Assembly: GCF_031769215.1 (NCBI RefSeq)
Contig: NW_026782002.1
Location: 434,001-498,000, forward strand
Length of the DNA: 64,000 nt
Direction of reading: 5' to 3'
DNA from: Ylistrum balloti
Lineage: Eukaryota
Positions 35,650-50,200 of this stretch are shown here, piece after piece. The notes beneath the pieces were generated by a model. It was not told the DNA's origin and ran no database searches. It saw only the letters and a program-made list of their open reading frames with translations. Position 1 is the stretch's first letter, and every line of letters begins with the position of its first letter. A program made the position numbers and the translations under genes.

Positions 35650-38150
35650 GTTGCCACGATTTTCCATCCATGGCTTTAGATTGTAACAAGTTACCCTCAT
35701 CAGCTTTAGGTTGTCACAATTTTCCCTCATTGACTTTAGATTGTAACAAGTTACCCTCATCAGCTTTAGGTTGTCATAGTTTTCCCTCATTGACTTTAGA
35801 TTGTAAAAAGTTACCCTCATCAGCTTTAGGTTGTCACAATTTTCCCTCATTACTTTTAGATTGTAACAAGTTACCCTCATCAGCTTTAGATTGTAACAAG
35901 TTACCCTCATTGACGTTAGATTGTAACAAGTTACCCTCATTGACGTTAGATTGTAACAAGTTACCCTCATCAGCTTTAGATTGTAACAAGTTACCCTCAT
36001 TGACTTTAGATTGTAACAAGTTACCCTCATCAGCTTTAGATTGTAACAAGTTACCCTCATCAGCTTTAGGTGGTCACAATTTTTCCTCATTGACTTTAGA
36101 TTGTAACAAGTTACCCTCATCAGCTTTAGATTGTCACAATTTTCCTTCATTGACTTTAGATTGTAACAAGTTACCCTCATTGACGTTAGATTGTAACAAG
36201 TTACCCTCATCAGCTTTAGGTTGTCATAGTTTTCCCTCATTGACTTTAGATTGTAAAAAGTTACCCTCATCAGCTTTAGGTTGTCACAATTTTCCCTCAT
36301 TGACTTTAGATTGTAACAAGTTACCCTCATTGACTTTAGATTGTAACAAGTTACCCTCCCTCATTGACGTTAGATTGTAACAAGTTACCCTCATCAGACT
36401 TTAGATTGTAACAAGTTACCCTCATCAGCCCTCATCAGCTTAGATTGTCACAATTTTCCCTCATTGACTTTAGATTGTAACAAGTTACCCTCATCAGCTT
36501 TAGATTGTAACAAGTTACCCTCATCAGCTTTAGGTGGTCACAATTTTTCCTCATTGACTTTAGATTGTAACAAGTTACCCTCATCAGCTTTAGGTTGTCA
36601 CAATTTTCCCTCATTGACTTTAGATTGTAACAAGTTACCCTCATCAGCTTTAGATTGTAACAAGTTACCCTCATCAGCTTTAGGTTGTCATAGTTTTCCC
36701 TCATTGACTTTAGATTGTAACAAGTTACCCTCATCAGCTTTAGGTTGTCATAGTTTTCCCTCATTGACTTTAGATTGTAAAAAGTTACCCTCATCAGCTT
36801 TAGGTCGTCACAATTTTCCCTCATTGACTTTAGATTGTAACAAGTTACCCTCATTGACGTTAGATTGTAACAAGTTACCCTCATCAGCTTTAGATTGTAA
36901 CAAGTTACCCTCATCAGCTTTAGGTTGTCATAGTTTTCCCTCATTGACTTTAGATTGTAAAAAGTTACCCTCATTAGCTTTAGGTTGTCACAATTTTCCC
37001 TCATTGACTTTAGATTGTAACAAGTTACCCTCATTGACGTTAGATTGTAACAAGTTACCCTCATCAGCTTTAGATTGTAACAAGTTACCCTCATCAGCTT
37101 TAGGTGGTCACAATTTTTCCTCATTGACTTTAGATTGTAACAAGTTACCCTCATCAGCTTTAGATTGTCACAATTTTCCTTCATTGACTTTAGATTGTAA
37201 CAAGTTACCCTCATCAGCTTTAGATTGTAACAAGTTACCCTTGTCACAATTTCACAATTTTTCCTCATTGACTTTAGATTGTAACAAGTTACCCTCATCA
37301 GCTTTAGATTGTCACAATTTTCCCTCATTACTTTTAGATTGTAACAAGTTACCCTCATCAGCTTTAGATTGTCACAATTTTCCCTCATTACTTTTAGATT
37401 GTAACAAGTTACCCTCATCAGCTTTAGGTTGTCATAGTTTTCCCTCATTGACTTTAGATTGTAAAAAGTTACCCTCATCAGCTTTAGGTTGTCACAATTT
37501 TCCCTCATTGACTTTAGATTGTAACAAGTTACCCTCATTGACTTTAGATTGTAACAAGTTACCCTCATTGACTTTAGATTGTAACAAGTTACCCTCATCA
37601 GCTTTAGATTGTAACAAGTTACCCTCATTGACTTTAGATTGTAACAAGTTACCCTCATCAGCTTTAGATTGTAACAAGTTACCCTCATCAGCTTTAGGTG
37701 GTCACAATTTTCCCTCATTGACTTTAGATTGTAACAAGTTACCCTCATCAGCTTAGATTGTCACAATTTTCCCTCATTGACTTTAGATTGTAACAAGTTA
37801 CCCTCATCAGCTTTAGATTGTAACAAGTTACCCTCATCAGCTTTAGATTGTAACAAGTTACCCTCATCAGCTTTAGATTGTCACAATTTTCCCTCATTAC
37901 TTTTAGATTGTAACAAGTTACCCTCATCAGCTTTAGATTGTAACAAGTTACCCTCATCAGCTTTAGGTTGTCACAATTTTCCCTCATTGACTTTAGATTG
38001 TAACAAGTTACCCTCATCAGCTTTAGGTTGTCACAATTTTCCCTCATTGACTTTAGATTGTAACAAGTTACCCTCATCAGCTTTAGATTGTAACAAGTTA
38101 CCCTCATCAGCTTTAGGTTGTCACAATTTTCCCTCATTAACCTTAGATTA
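35650..38150. repeat. 30 bp satellite, ~80 copies, with higher-order structure
   Basis: Unit A TTAGATTGTAACAAGTTACCCTCAT(CAGCT/TGACT); unit B TTAGGTTGTCACAATTTTCCCTCATTGACT. Confidence 0.95.
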
Positions 38151-38464
38151 TAAAGATCATCATCATGATGTAAATCTTCAGTGTGGGAGAAATAATGTGA
38201 AATTTGTATAACCTCGTTCTTCTATGCAGATAACAATAGGTGTACCTCTCTTTATATTTTTGATACATATTCCTTCAAATGTGAGGGAGAAAAAATAAGT
38301 ACTAATGTTTCATGCTTCTACTTCTGTGTTATAAATGTTTATAGTGATAAACCTATTTGTTTTCACTGCTACCTTAGCTGTTTTTCTGTTGACATAACTT
38401 TGTGATGATAAACCAAGATCATGTTACATTTTGTAATCCAGATTGTTTTTGCTGCTAATGTGAG

Positions 38465-38578
38465 CTGTATTCGCAGCTTCTGTGTGCCATTTTTCTGTTG
38501 CCATAACATTAATGTGATGGTCCAAGATAGAGTTACATTGTAGTCCTGCCTGTATTCGCAGCTTCTGTGTGCCATTTT
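38465..38578. repeat. 29 bp direct repeat
   Basis: CTGTATTCGCAGCTTCTGTGTGCCATTTT at 38465 and 38550. Confidence 0.85.
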
Positions 38579-40294
38579 CCTAAATCCTACATGATGTGCC
38601 TGTTTGTTCTTACCACAGATTTTACATAGTATATGTTAAGCTTCAAGCTTTGCCATTAACCACACCCCAGTATCATGAAACAATTTTAAGCCTAAAACTA
38701 TCCTAAATTTTGAGCTACTTAATTACAGATAACATCATGGAAAGAGACATTTTGTTCAATTGGCTTAACAAACACCTTAGTTTTGGATCGTTTCCTGATC
38801 TCCGGCCATATTTTATTTATTCAGATGAACATCAACATGATGTGATATTGTTCTCACTCTTTATTTGGTATTTGATACATTAGTAACTGCCTTCTGAGTT
38901 AGATCCAGAATAGAAGTTTTCTCTTATTTTAGTCACACCAATCAATGATTTTCCGATTTTGTTAGCTCTAGGCATTTTTAGTCTGTGAAATAAATCTACA
39001 CTGTCAAAGGGAATTTTAAGTGGTGATGCACTATTCTGTTGTGAAGAGATGCTCTAATGAGGAAAATAAAGAGAAATGATTTTATCACATATTAGACACA
39101 GTTTCTTAATTTCAAACTACAAAAAAATTCCAAGGGCTGAAAGAAATGGCTTGGACCTTTTGTAAGTTCTACAGTACAGTATGTCACCTGGAACACTCAT
39201 TTAGGCAAAATTCTATTAAAAATTTGTGATGCCAAGGCAAACAAATATGTCTGGAGGTAGAAACTAATTAAAGGAACGACTCACGATATAGCCAACTTGA
39301 AAGGCATTCAATATTTCAGAATGATGCAAACATGTATTGGTTTAACCATTTTATATATTGGATGATTATTGTCTGACATGTTTGCTGACAGCTTCTGTAT
39401 CAAAGTAATAAGGCTTATTACACAACAGAGATGTAAAATTTGTAGTCATTATTACTAATGCTGAAATATATTAGGGTGGGCTTATTAACAGGCATGGATT
39501 TTATGTAAGATAAACACTGTATTTTTCATACTAGAGTTGCTCTTAACATTCCAGCTGTCAAAATCTAATGATTTACTGGGTAAAAGTTATAATAATTTTA
39601 CTTTGACAGTGAAAGTTTTGTTCATATTAATTAGTGCAAATTACAGTTCTAAAAGTTATTTTTTGTGAAAGTAAATAAAAAATGAAATGACAATCATAGT
39701 GATAAATATTTGTAGACATTTTTCCATTATACTGATGTAATGTCATTATAAGTTTTTGCCAAAAATGTTCTCAGAACATTAAGAGTAGTCTATATTGAAA
39801 TCATATTGCAATCTGGTAATTGAATATACATATTTAGTGTAGTTTCTCATAGCTGCTAGAATTACAGAGTATGTCAAGAAATTCAAAAGTATATTGTAAA
39901 ACAATCAAAAACTATATTAAGGTATGTTTTATTAAATTATGAGAGACAATTGGCATGAAAATTAACATTTCGTTATTCACCAATAGCTGGTTAACAACGT
40001 ATTTGAGATGTTGAAATAAAAGACAACACACAGTGAACGTTGAACTGTCCACAGATTCTGATTACTCATGAACTATTAACTACATATATCTTTCTGCTTG
40101 CTGTGATAATAAACTTTAGTGCCTAAAAATGAACGATTCTGTTTTTTTTTTAATTACGCACATGCTATCAGTAACCAACGATATCTTTTAAAACATGTAC
40201 TACGTCTCAATGTCTTCTTCTGGGATTCCGACCACAGAATTTTAACAATATCTTGCATAAAATGATAGATCGGGAACAATCATGGATAAAACAT

Positions 40295-40400
40295 ATATTT
40301 GTAGTAGGAAGGAGTAATGGAAAATCTCCTGCTCCGCCTAGGTTTCAACAATAGACTCTTCAGCCTCCATCTGGACACTATAGGAAATTGGGACCCGTGC
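40295..40400 (-). mobile_element. Degenerate SINE of the same family as 55335-55680
   Basis: Minus strand reads TAGTGTCCAGATGGAGG...TTTTCCATTACTCCTTCCTACTAC. Confidence 0.45.
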
Positions 40401-41259
40401 CATCAACTTATCCATGTGAATTTCTCACATACTTCACAGGGTGATCCTATGGTTCATAGGAAAGGGAAAGACTGGTGGCACACACCATGACGCTATTTGC
40501 AGCCATGTCACAAATTGATAACACCATTAATTTTCAGTGCTTATTTCATGAGACATTGATGATGGCGCAAGAAATAGGATTCACGACAACTTACAATTTC
40601 TTGCTGTATGGTGTTTGATAATCTGTGAGAAACATGAATCCTGTAGACAGGGATAACTCGGCTAAAGAGTTTGGCTGGTCGACAACAGCCGACCCAAATT
40701 ACTTTTAAAAGCATAGCAAAAGATACAAAACACCAATCACAATTAGAGGGTAGGACTGAGTTCTCACAGAAAAAACTCTGGCTCTAGCGGTATATGGAAG
40801 ACATTTCAAAACAGGATATCTGATATCAAGATGGTTTTATTGTTGCAAAATGACACAATTTTACACTGTAAGAATTTACAGACATTCATGAATGGCTGTA
40901 TTAAAAAGATACTAATTGATTTTGGCACAGTACCATTATCGTTTGAACACAGAAAATGTATGAAATTTTGACTGGCAATCATTTAATTAATTTTATCAAG
41001 TAAATCCAAATTTCTGATGGTCACATATCAGGTATATGCAACGTCTATGGCTATATTTGGGTCCTGGATCAGCTGACCACTGACCAATGAAGTAACCACT
41101 TTCACCATGTGCAGTTGCTGATCAGTGTCTCATAATATGACCACTTTACCACTCTTTCTGTTTAATGACCACAAGTCAGAGCAGATGCCATTAACGATCC
41201 TGTCTTTCGCTGCTGACCGTTCAAGGTCTGAAGATGAATGTTGACTATTTACTTGTTCA

Positions 41260-44200
41260 TCAGCTGACAAGTGACACCAGATAGAGGAAATCTGACCACC
41301 ATTGTTTATTTAATACAGATGGGAACTTGGTCTGAAAAATAAAAAAAATTTAATATCATTTACATTTCATAAACTCATGCAGTTAGTGCTTTATAATTCC
41401 TTGTTATCATAGAAAATACCCCACAAGACTTTTCCCCAGTCAAATACTAGCCAGGAAGATAAGCACCAGTTGTAAGGACAAAATATAAACTAGCAAATAA
41501 GAGAAGGGGCATAAATCCAGAAAAATTTACGGTACACTTTAATTACCGGTGGTGGTGTTGGATACAATGATTAAACTATTACAGCAATTCTTATATTACC
41601 TTTAGTCATAAAGTTAACAGAAATAAAAACAAGGTTTACTTCAGTTTTCCAATATTTCCAAGAAATTTCAGCTAAATGACACCATGGGAACTGGAGCACA
41701 AACTTAGAATATGTTTTTCAAGATAACAGCCATATCCAATTATGGATAGGCCCTGAAAAATATCAACACTTGGTCAAGACCATATCAGGATCATCTATTA
41801 CAAGTTGTGCTGAATCCCAGGGCAAAACAGTCAATGAGAATATTAAATAGGTGATGTTCAGGAAAACCGTGACTGTGCAATCATACTATAAAATTGTTAC
41901 TGCGGCTGACATGCCAAAGTTTTGAGGAGCCTGAATGACAACAATACTTTGCCCGCTTTCTTTCCTAAACCTTACCACCAACTTTCAACTCAATGGGACT
42001 TGTCAAACTTGGGAAGTTTCAAGATGGTGGTCAGGTTGGCCATATTGGATTTCTGACTGACCCAAAAAATAACAGCACCTGGTCAAGACCATCTCAGTAT
42101 GAGCTGAATTCCACTGTTGAAACTTGAGAAGAAGTTTGTAATAGTATCAGTCACGAAACCCTTGATTGCGTATGTAGCCACTGTGACTACCAGGTCCAAG
42201 TTTTGACAAGGCCAAGAACCAACAACTGTCGCCTTCCTTCCCTCAATATTCCAATCAAATTTCAGTTCAATAGCACCAGTGGAACTGGAGAACATATCTT
42301 AAAGGGATTTTTCAAGATGTAGCTATTGATTTTGAAAGGACCCAAAATATTACAACAGTTGGTCAGGACATCTCAGGATCATTGATGGCAAGTTAGAGCT
42401 GATGACTAAAGGTCATGTTAGCCCTTCGGGTCAGATGATACATAAGACAACAAAAATGTTGTAAGCCTGCTTACCTGGACAGAGGTTAGAATGGTGTTGA
42501 TAGAGTCAGCATGTTGGTGTAATGTGGATAGACTTCCTTTGTATCTCAGTAAGATAGAGGCTACCCCACATACTCTCTGGACGTCTCCCTCATCACAAGC
42601 ACCTGTGTACACAACAACAAAAGTTAACACATATTTATATAACTCCAAGTTCTGTTTATGTAAATTTGAAAATACCAGAAATAACAACAGTTCAATGAAT
42701 CACATTTTTAATATTTTATTTTAAAATACATGAGAAATCGTATCTCTTAGCAAATACTAATACTCTTATACATGTAACTAAAGCAAAGCAGGATCTTAAT
42801 TTCAAGAGTTGAAAAACCTAGTGCTTTGTATGGTCTCTAAAAAGAGAAAGAAGAAAGTTAAAGATACAAAAAGATGGAGGAAATGACAGAGAAAGAAGGA
42901 ATAATAAAGATTCCTTTTTCAGAATAATTATGTTATTATAAACATCTTTCATACATACATTAAATAGAGAATTTTTTGAAAGTTTAGAGCATCTGGTCAA
43001 AAAGAAAAAAAAAACATCCAGGACTAGGCAAGGCTAGCACAGGTAGCTTTTATTTTTGAATTATGTGGTATGTTAGAGAAATGGAATAAACTTCTAAATG
43101 TTTGAAAATATTTCACATCTACATCACATACTGAAGTGATGGTGTGCTTAATTGTTTATTACATGCATTTTTTACCTACAAATAAAATGACATCAATTAT
43201 GTCATCATAAAGACAGACATAATCGTACATACAGTCTTTGAATAGCCAACATATTATACCATAACCTGAAGACAAACCATACAAATTAACATGTTCTCAC
43301 AACAGCATAGCATGTTTCTCACTGCAATAATTCTAAAATACAAACAATCTTTAAAAAACATTATTCAGATTTATCAACTGAAAACGTAAAAGATGGATTC
43401 CAATTTTTCCCATACAAAGGGATATGACATGTAGGGGATAAAATCTCAATTTGGTCAGTTAGGATAAATCAAGAACAAATCAAAAGATCACACAAATCAA
43501 CAGCCAGGGTCGTTTACAGGTAAGATCTCTTTGAAGAAGCTGGTGGTTCCCTCACTGAACAACATACAGGAGGCCATTCACATGTCATCCAAAACAATAT
43601 GGGGTGGTCGGGTGGCGCAGTGGTAACGTACTCGCCTTTCACCTGGCTAACCGGGGTTCAATTCCCGGAACGGATGTGAAAAGGTAAGGGGTCACCTCCG
43701 ACCACGTGGGTTTTCCCCGGATACTCCGGTTTCCTCCCACAATAAGACCCCTCACGCGCTTACATCCGGGCCAACAAGAGTGATCAGTATAAGTTGGCAT
43801 AACTTGTTTCGCAATTGTTGTAAAATAAATAAAGTTTATATTTAATATGGGTAAAATGTCTTTCCCAAGGACAAAATCATAACAACACATGATGGGTATG
43901 TTTCCTTGTGAGAAACTAAAACCATCCAAAATTGAACAAAGAAGCCAAAACATAAATCAAAACTTACTTCTGTAATCCTGGGACATGTTCTCCAGAAAAT
44001 CTTTAACTCCAGACTCAGCTGAGATCACAAACTCAGCACATTCTGTTTTAAGTTCTTGAATAAAATCTGATATTTGCTCTCCATTAGCAACTAGTATATT
44101 GAACAAGCACCAAATGTAACCACACACAAGCTCTGTAAGCTTCCTTCCGATTGGACATTTCCAACAGTTCATGTGACTGGCTAGCATAACAATGGCCATC

Positions 44201-47200
44201 AGGTTTTGACTTGACAAATTGCTCTTTTCACTTTGGAATTGGATCTGGAATACACCAAGGAAAAACAATCATATTAGGAATATTACTACTATTGTCCCCA
44301 ACGAACATAATACCTTACAACAAACAAAACTAAAATTCCATTATAATACACGTTTTCTTCTTTACTGCCACACAACTTACTTAGGTTTGACTGTTATAAA
44401 ATCCATATTAAACAAATCTTTGATGTTATGTAATAATCTATATGTACATTAATCTATGACTTTTTGTTGGGAGAAGATTTTATATACACTTGTAATTATG
44501 TTCCGGTCAATCATTTTGTGTGACCTATGACCTATGACCTATACTGACCAGATAAGACTGTAGAAATGACTCTAAAATTTCAGCCACCTGTGATGTATTC
44601 TCAACCTGCTGATAAGTGGAACACACTGCCTACAACAGAAAATCAATATTTAAATTTCACAATAAAAATTGACATTTGCATATGAAAGACGTGATACAGA
44701 GATGCCAGTCTTTTTATTTATGCAGGGTGTTTTTCTTATAAAAGACATTGTTAAAGAGGTAGTCACCATGGAAATCCCGCCTCAAAACGATCCTTGTTGT
44801 TCACGGGGCAATTAACCCACAATTGTTCATCTCAAGCTAGGTCATTCAGTACCTTCATTAGAGATTTTCAACTTATAGCAATACTCCATAGACAAAATTA
44901 TAGACATTTGGAACAAAATAACTTCTATTTCCCATACACAATGTGTTGCTCACCTTTATCAAAATCAAACTTCTATTCCAAATCTCCGGGTTAAAATGAC
45001 AGTGAAGATGATGGTTGCCATGACGATGAATAAATGTAGTTTCAGTTTCCTGGTCTTTCACTACTTTTTCATTACCATCATCTGTTGCACAATTCAAAGT
45101 TGATTATTGAAATATTCTAATTATCTATATCAAGAACAGACCTGATGCCCCAAACATATAGAAAATACATGGTCAGTGTCTTAACATATAAGCTGTATTT
45201 GAGTGAGGGTGAAAAAAGGGGGATGGGAGTGTTCATTGACATATTCCCTCTGGCTCAATATGTGATGTAGGATGTTGATTAATTGGCTTATTATAGGACA
45301 ATGGAATATCATTGGTCAGCAGATCTGCTGAACAACAATGTATATGGTTAGGCTTTTTACCAGGCATGGGCTTATTTCTGAATAAATGCTGTATCACTGT
45401 AGGATGGGAAGGAAGTTTCAGATAATTTGTTTAATCCTAGCAGAGTCTGTCAAGTTAAAAGAGGTAACCATATTTTGACATTTATCTTAACAAAAGCATC
45501 ATGCAATAACTCTTAATTTGAAGAATTCATTTCTCCTGCCCACCTCTCTTCCACCCCCTACCCCCTAATGCTTCACCCTCTCAATTTTATATTAGAAAAG
45601 ATCATCCAGGCTAAAGAAAAAAAGAAAGAATCAATATTCAAATTAATACTCTGTTACAGTATTAAGACAAATCCATCATTAATTTACTGTGTATATCAAT
45701 AACTGTACTTCAGTGTTACATTAGAAGTTATGATGACTTTGACCTACCATGTGTGATGAGGATGCTGAGTAGTGTACTGATGTAGTGGGTACCTCCTTCA
45801 ACTGTCTGCTTCTCCTTCATGTACCTGTGATGATAGCAGATTACAGTACATTAATGATATGTCTATCTCATGGGACTTTGCCAAAATGAATCAAAGAACT
45901 AGAAGTCAGGAACGGGGCCTGGTTGTTTTTGAAACCAAACAGACTTTAAAGGATACATTTTTTGGGGGGACAACATCTTGAACTATTTTTCCTATTCTTT
46001 TATCAAGCAGACAATTTCTTTTTTACTCTTTATGAAAATAAAGTTTTTATATTGCTTCATTTTGTTTTCTTTTTTTAAAAAAAATCTATTCATACATACC
46101 TGTGATGTAGTATCTGTAGAATATACAAACAAATATCCACTGACACTTGAGGGCGCCGGAACAGCCTCACTATGGAGGACAGTGAACTCCCCTGGAGTGG
46201 AGGTATGTAATATAACAGCTCTGCAAACCTTTTCTGTGTGCTACTTTCAAGTTTGTCAAATACTGCTGGAGACTGATCTAGAAAGTAAAATGAAACTAAA
46301 TTTACTTATTAAATCATCATTCATTGAAAAATTACCTCCACAAAGTAAAAAATCTATGTTTCTTGCAAAATAATTCAATTCACATTTCAGACCTTGATTT
46401 AAAAGGAAGTTTTTAGAAGCCTAAATACATATTTCAATGAAAGTTGAAAATCATTCTTGGTCTTGATCATCTGTATTATAGTCTCCACATTATCAAAAAG
46501 ATCAAATGATGAATGGTTTGAAAGTAGCAATGATCCATCATGTAATGTTTTACAGTGAAAGTACCTAAAACTTGATCCACAAAATGCTGGACGATTTCCA
46601 TAACAGATGTTGTCAATTTGGATTGGCTGACAGCTTTTTTCATCACCATTAATACTTGTGTTAAAATCTGTCGATTTGATATAGCCTGGAAAAACACCTC
46701 TGGTAATGTTTTCAGGAACGTGATAGCCATATTGGAGTTGATGAGGTCCTCATAACGATAATCCAAGAAGATGTCAGAAAAAAACGTTAGTAATTCCTTC
46801 CGTTGGCTGGAAAGTAGGTGACAACCTGTGTACCTATTCAGCATCTGCTGTAGCAAACTGTCATGGATGCCTGAGGAAACAAACATTTTAGTGATGAAAT
46901 CTCCACACTGATCAAATGTGTATACAATGAATGTGTACCACATTATGTAAAACGCTAAATTTGACCTTGTGTTTTGCCCTCATACATGTTTATGAAATCA
47001 TGGCAGCAATTTGAACAAACTAACTAGGCTTTCCTATAGACATATCTACTGTCTATCCCATGCATTTTCAGAAAATGTGTTTACTAACATTTATAACCTT
47101 TTCAATTTGCTAAAGACCTCAAGACATGGTTCAAATTATGAAACCCATGCATCATTTTGATTTAAACAAAACTTCCTCTCCAACCCAATGGTATCACAAC

Positions 47201-50200
47201 AAAAGAATAATGAAAGTAACATTATGATTCTCATCAACTTTAAGAACATGATTCAATGAGTTACTAGTGACAGAACTTAGATTTGAATAGTGTGGGAACA
47301 CACAAGACATGTCAAACTTCAAAAAAACAATTTTCAGTATTGTTCCTCAGTTTTAATGCTTTTAAAAGTTCTAAGAGAATGCCTCTGCTTACAATTTGTC
47401 CTAGCTCATACAGTGATAACCTATTGTTGGGACTGATGTAGGTTAGGTTGATCCAAAGACAAAGATCATGGTGATACAAAATGCTTAGTATCTATAAATA
47501 TGAAATTGGTGTAATAACACTGCCCAGCTATCAAATGATACCACATTCATTCTGCAGTATACCCAGAAGGCTTATAACATATTACCTGTGACCTAGGATA
47601 TGGGGGTCAATACAGGAGGAAAAGTCAAGGGGCAAACACATTACCTTATACTCAGGAGATGGGGGTCAAAACAGGACAATAAGTATTGAGGGCTAACACT
47701 TTACCTCTGGTTCAGGAATTAGGAGTCATTACAGGACAATAAGTCAAGGGGGCCAACACATTACCTCTGGCTCAGGAGATGAGAGTCATTACAGGACAAT
47801 AAGTATTGGGGGCCAACACATTACCTAATACTCAGGAGATGAGGGTAATTACAGGACAAGAAGTCCTGGGGGCCAACACATTACCTCTGCTTCAGGAGAT
47901 GGGGGTAATTACAGGACAATAAGTCCTGGGTGCCAACACATTACCTCTGGTTCAGGAGATGGGGGTAATTACAGGACAAGAAGTCCTGGGGGCCAACACA
48001 TTACCTCTGGTTCAGGAGATGGGGGTAATTACAGGACAAGAAGTCCTGGGGGCCAACACATTACCTCTGGTTCAGGAGATGGGGGTAATTACAGGACAAT
48101 AAGTCCTGGGGGCCAACACATTACCTCTGGTTCAGGAGATGGGGGTAATTACAGGACAATAAGTCCTGGGGGCCAACACATAACCTCTGGTTCAGGATAT
48201 GGGGGTAATTACAGGACAATAAGTCCTGGGGGCCAACACATTACCTCTGACTCAGGAGATGGGTGTCAATACAGGACAAGAAGTCATGGTGTCCAACACA
48301 TTACCTCTGACTCAGGAGATGGGTGTCAATACAGGACAATAAGTCCAGGGACCAACACATATAGGTACTCCTTACTGAACGTAAGGGGTTGGGCTTATTG
48401 CAGAACAATAAAATTACATTCATTTATAATTCTACTGAATAGAATTAATGTTTGCTGAGCTTCGAATAAATTTGGGGCAATGAAATCAATAAATGATCAG
48501 TTGAAATACCAAGAATTGATATAAGAATGACCTACTTTGGTCTTTGTATTGAGACATAAGGCGATTAATGACGCTCATCACAATGTGCTGGTCCTGTAGA
48601 CTGAGCTCCTCCTCTTGAATGACATCGTCTAGGTAACTGATGATGTCAGACTCCCAGGATGCCACACTGCTGTCTTGTAACTGGCTAGATGATTGTGACA
48701 TGAAGTGGGCCATTATATCACAAACTGCTAAATTTAGACTTGTTGCTGATGGCTGTAACAATCAAAATTTAATAAAACATGGTTCACAATAAACAGTAAA
48801 TGGTTTTTTTTAATGGTTCATTGTTTTTTTTATTGATATACATTCAAACCAAACGGGATTCATTTTGTTCAGATATCATGAAACAGATCATGTTTTCTCC
48901 ATCTTTCAAACTATCTCATCTTTTTGACATTTTATTTCCACAAAAATAAGCCAGAATAAGAGAAGTTCTGGAAAATAACAATCTCAATGTACAGTACAAG
49001 TTGACTTTTTTCAACAGTCATTAATTTAATTTTTGTTCTTGCATCATTAAATAAATAACTACACATAGCTTGTTCCAACAGTAGAAGCCTGGTAAACTTG
49101 TGTCAAGTTTTATCAATACAGGACATAAAGATAGCATTGAAATACATGTATAACTATAAATTACTGATGATCAGAAGACATGGTCCCCTTTACCTGTACT
49201 TCTGTGCTTTGTTTCTTTACTTTCTCTGCCCTTTCTGCTGGTAGATGAACAGCATAAGGAAAATTCTGCAGGAACTGACTCTTGAAATCTGCCAAGTATT
49301 TCTTCTGCATTGTTGCCATCTACAGACAAAATGAGTAAAGCAGAATGTTTTATTGAAATAATGATGAAAACTTCCATTCCTAAATGCTCTTGGAAAATGG
49401 CCACCACAATATGATAACACAAGGTGTAAAATTACACTGTAGCTGTTTTAATACTATTATAGATATGAAGGAAATTTGTGGAGAGGTTCTGAAAATATTT
49501 TTATTGATTCTGAATCCGACACGACAGGACAGAATGCGACAGACAGACATGGTTAACATTGTACAGTTATTCCCCAAATCACCCCATAAAATAGTAAGGA
49601 CATAAAAACATATTTTGAAAAAAATTCTCAGTCGGTATCTGTATTTCATGCACTGTTTGAGCTGCATTATTTAGCAATAGCACAACTAATTCTTTACATT
49701 TTGAAAGAAACCAGTTTTCCATATCATGCATTATGGTTTGGAAAATCACACAGATCAGAACTCACCAAGGCAGGGTTGTTTATATCTACACATCGCCATA
49801 GTAACTGTATCACTTGTAAAACACTTCCCCTGATACCCAGGGATTCTTGGGAAATTAATTTACTGTGACCTAAAACAGAATGAAAACTCTTGAAGGCATT
49901 ACTTTAATTCAATCAATTTTGGGATGTTAATATTTTATTGAATGTCTTTAATGAAGATGTATACCCTTAAACGAGTCACCTTATGTACCGATATGAAGAC
50001 ACTGATATCTGAAAAAAAAAATATTTAGAAGAAACTTTTATAAATAGGCATTTTTACCAGTTATCTATACAAGCAGAAACTATAAAGAAAGCAACTTTAA
50101 ATGAAAGAGTCAACATTTATATTCAGTGTTAACACAGCTCTCAATTGTCTAAGCATCATCTACAATTTGTATTCATGCCGTTCTATTTAAATATAACTCT

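Noticed and set aside
35650-38150. CRISPR-like array
   Set aside because: No unique spacers, no cas genes, eukaryotic context. The same applies to the 37, 54 and 60 bp arrays.
35644-38211. Long ORFs on both strands (up to 437 aa; MRVTCYNLKS and LDCNKLPSSA repeats)
   Set aside because: By-products of a 30 bp unit with stop-free frames. They are open on both strands, broken by indels at ~36360-36440 and ~37750, and have no unique flanking coding sequence.
43606-43675. Functional tRNA gene
   Set aside because: The acceptor stem is not formed, and the sequence continues into a SINE core and A-rich tail.
45978-46373. Plus-strand 131 aa ORF (also 42491-42724 and 49384-49605)
   Set aside because: Antisense to TEX10 exons or introns; no homology recognised.
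49380-49667. Candidate TEX10 exon at 49380-49667
   Set aside because: The phase-compatible frame hits a stop. Exons 49869-49766 and 49319-49194 supply the expected sequence instead.
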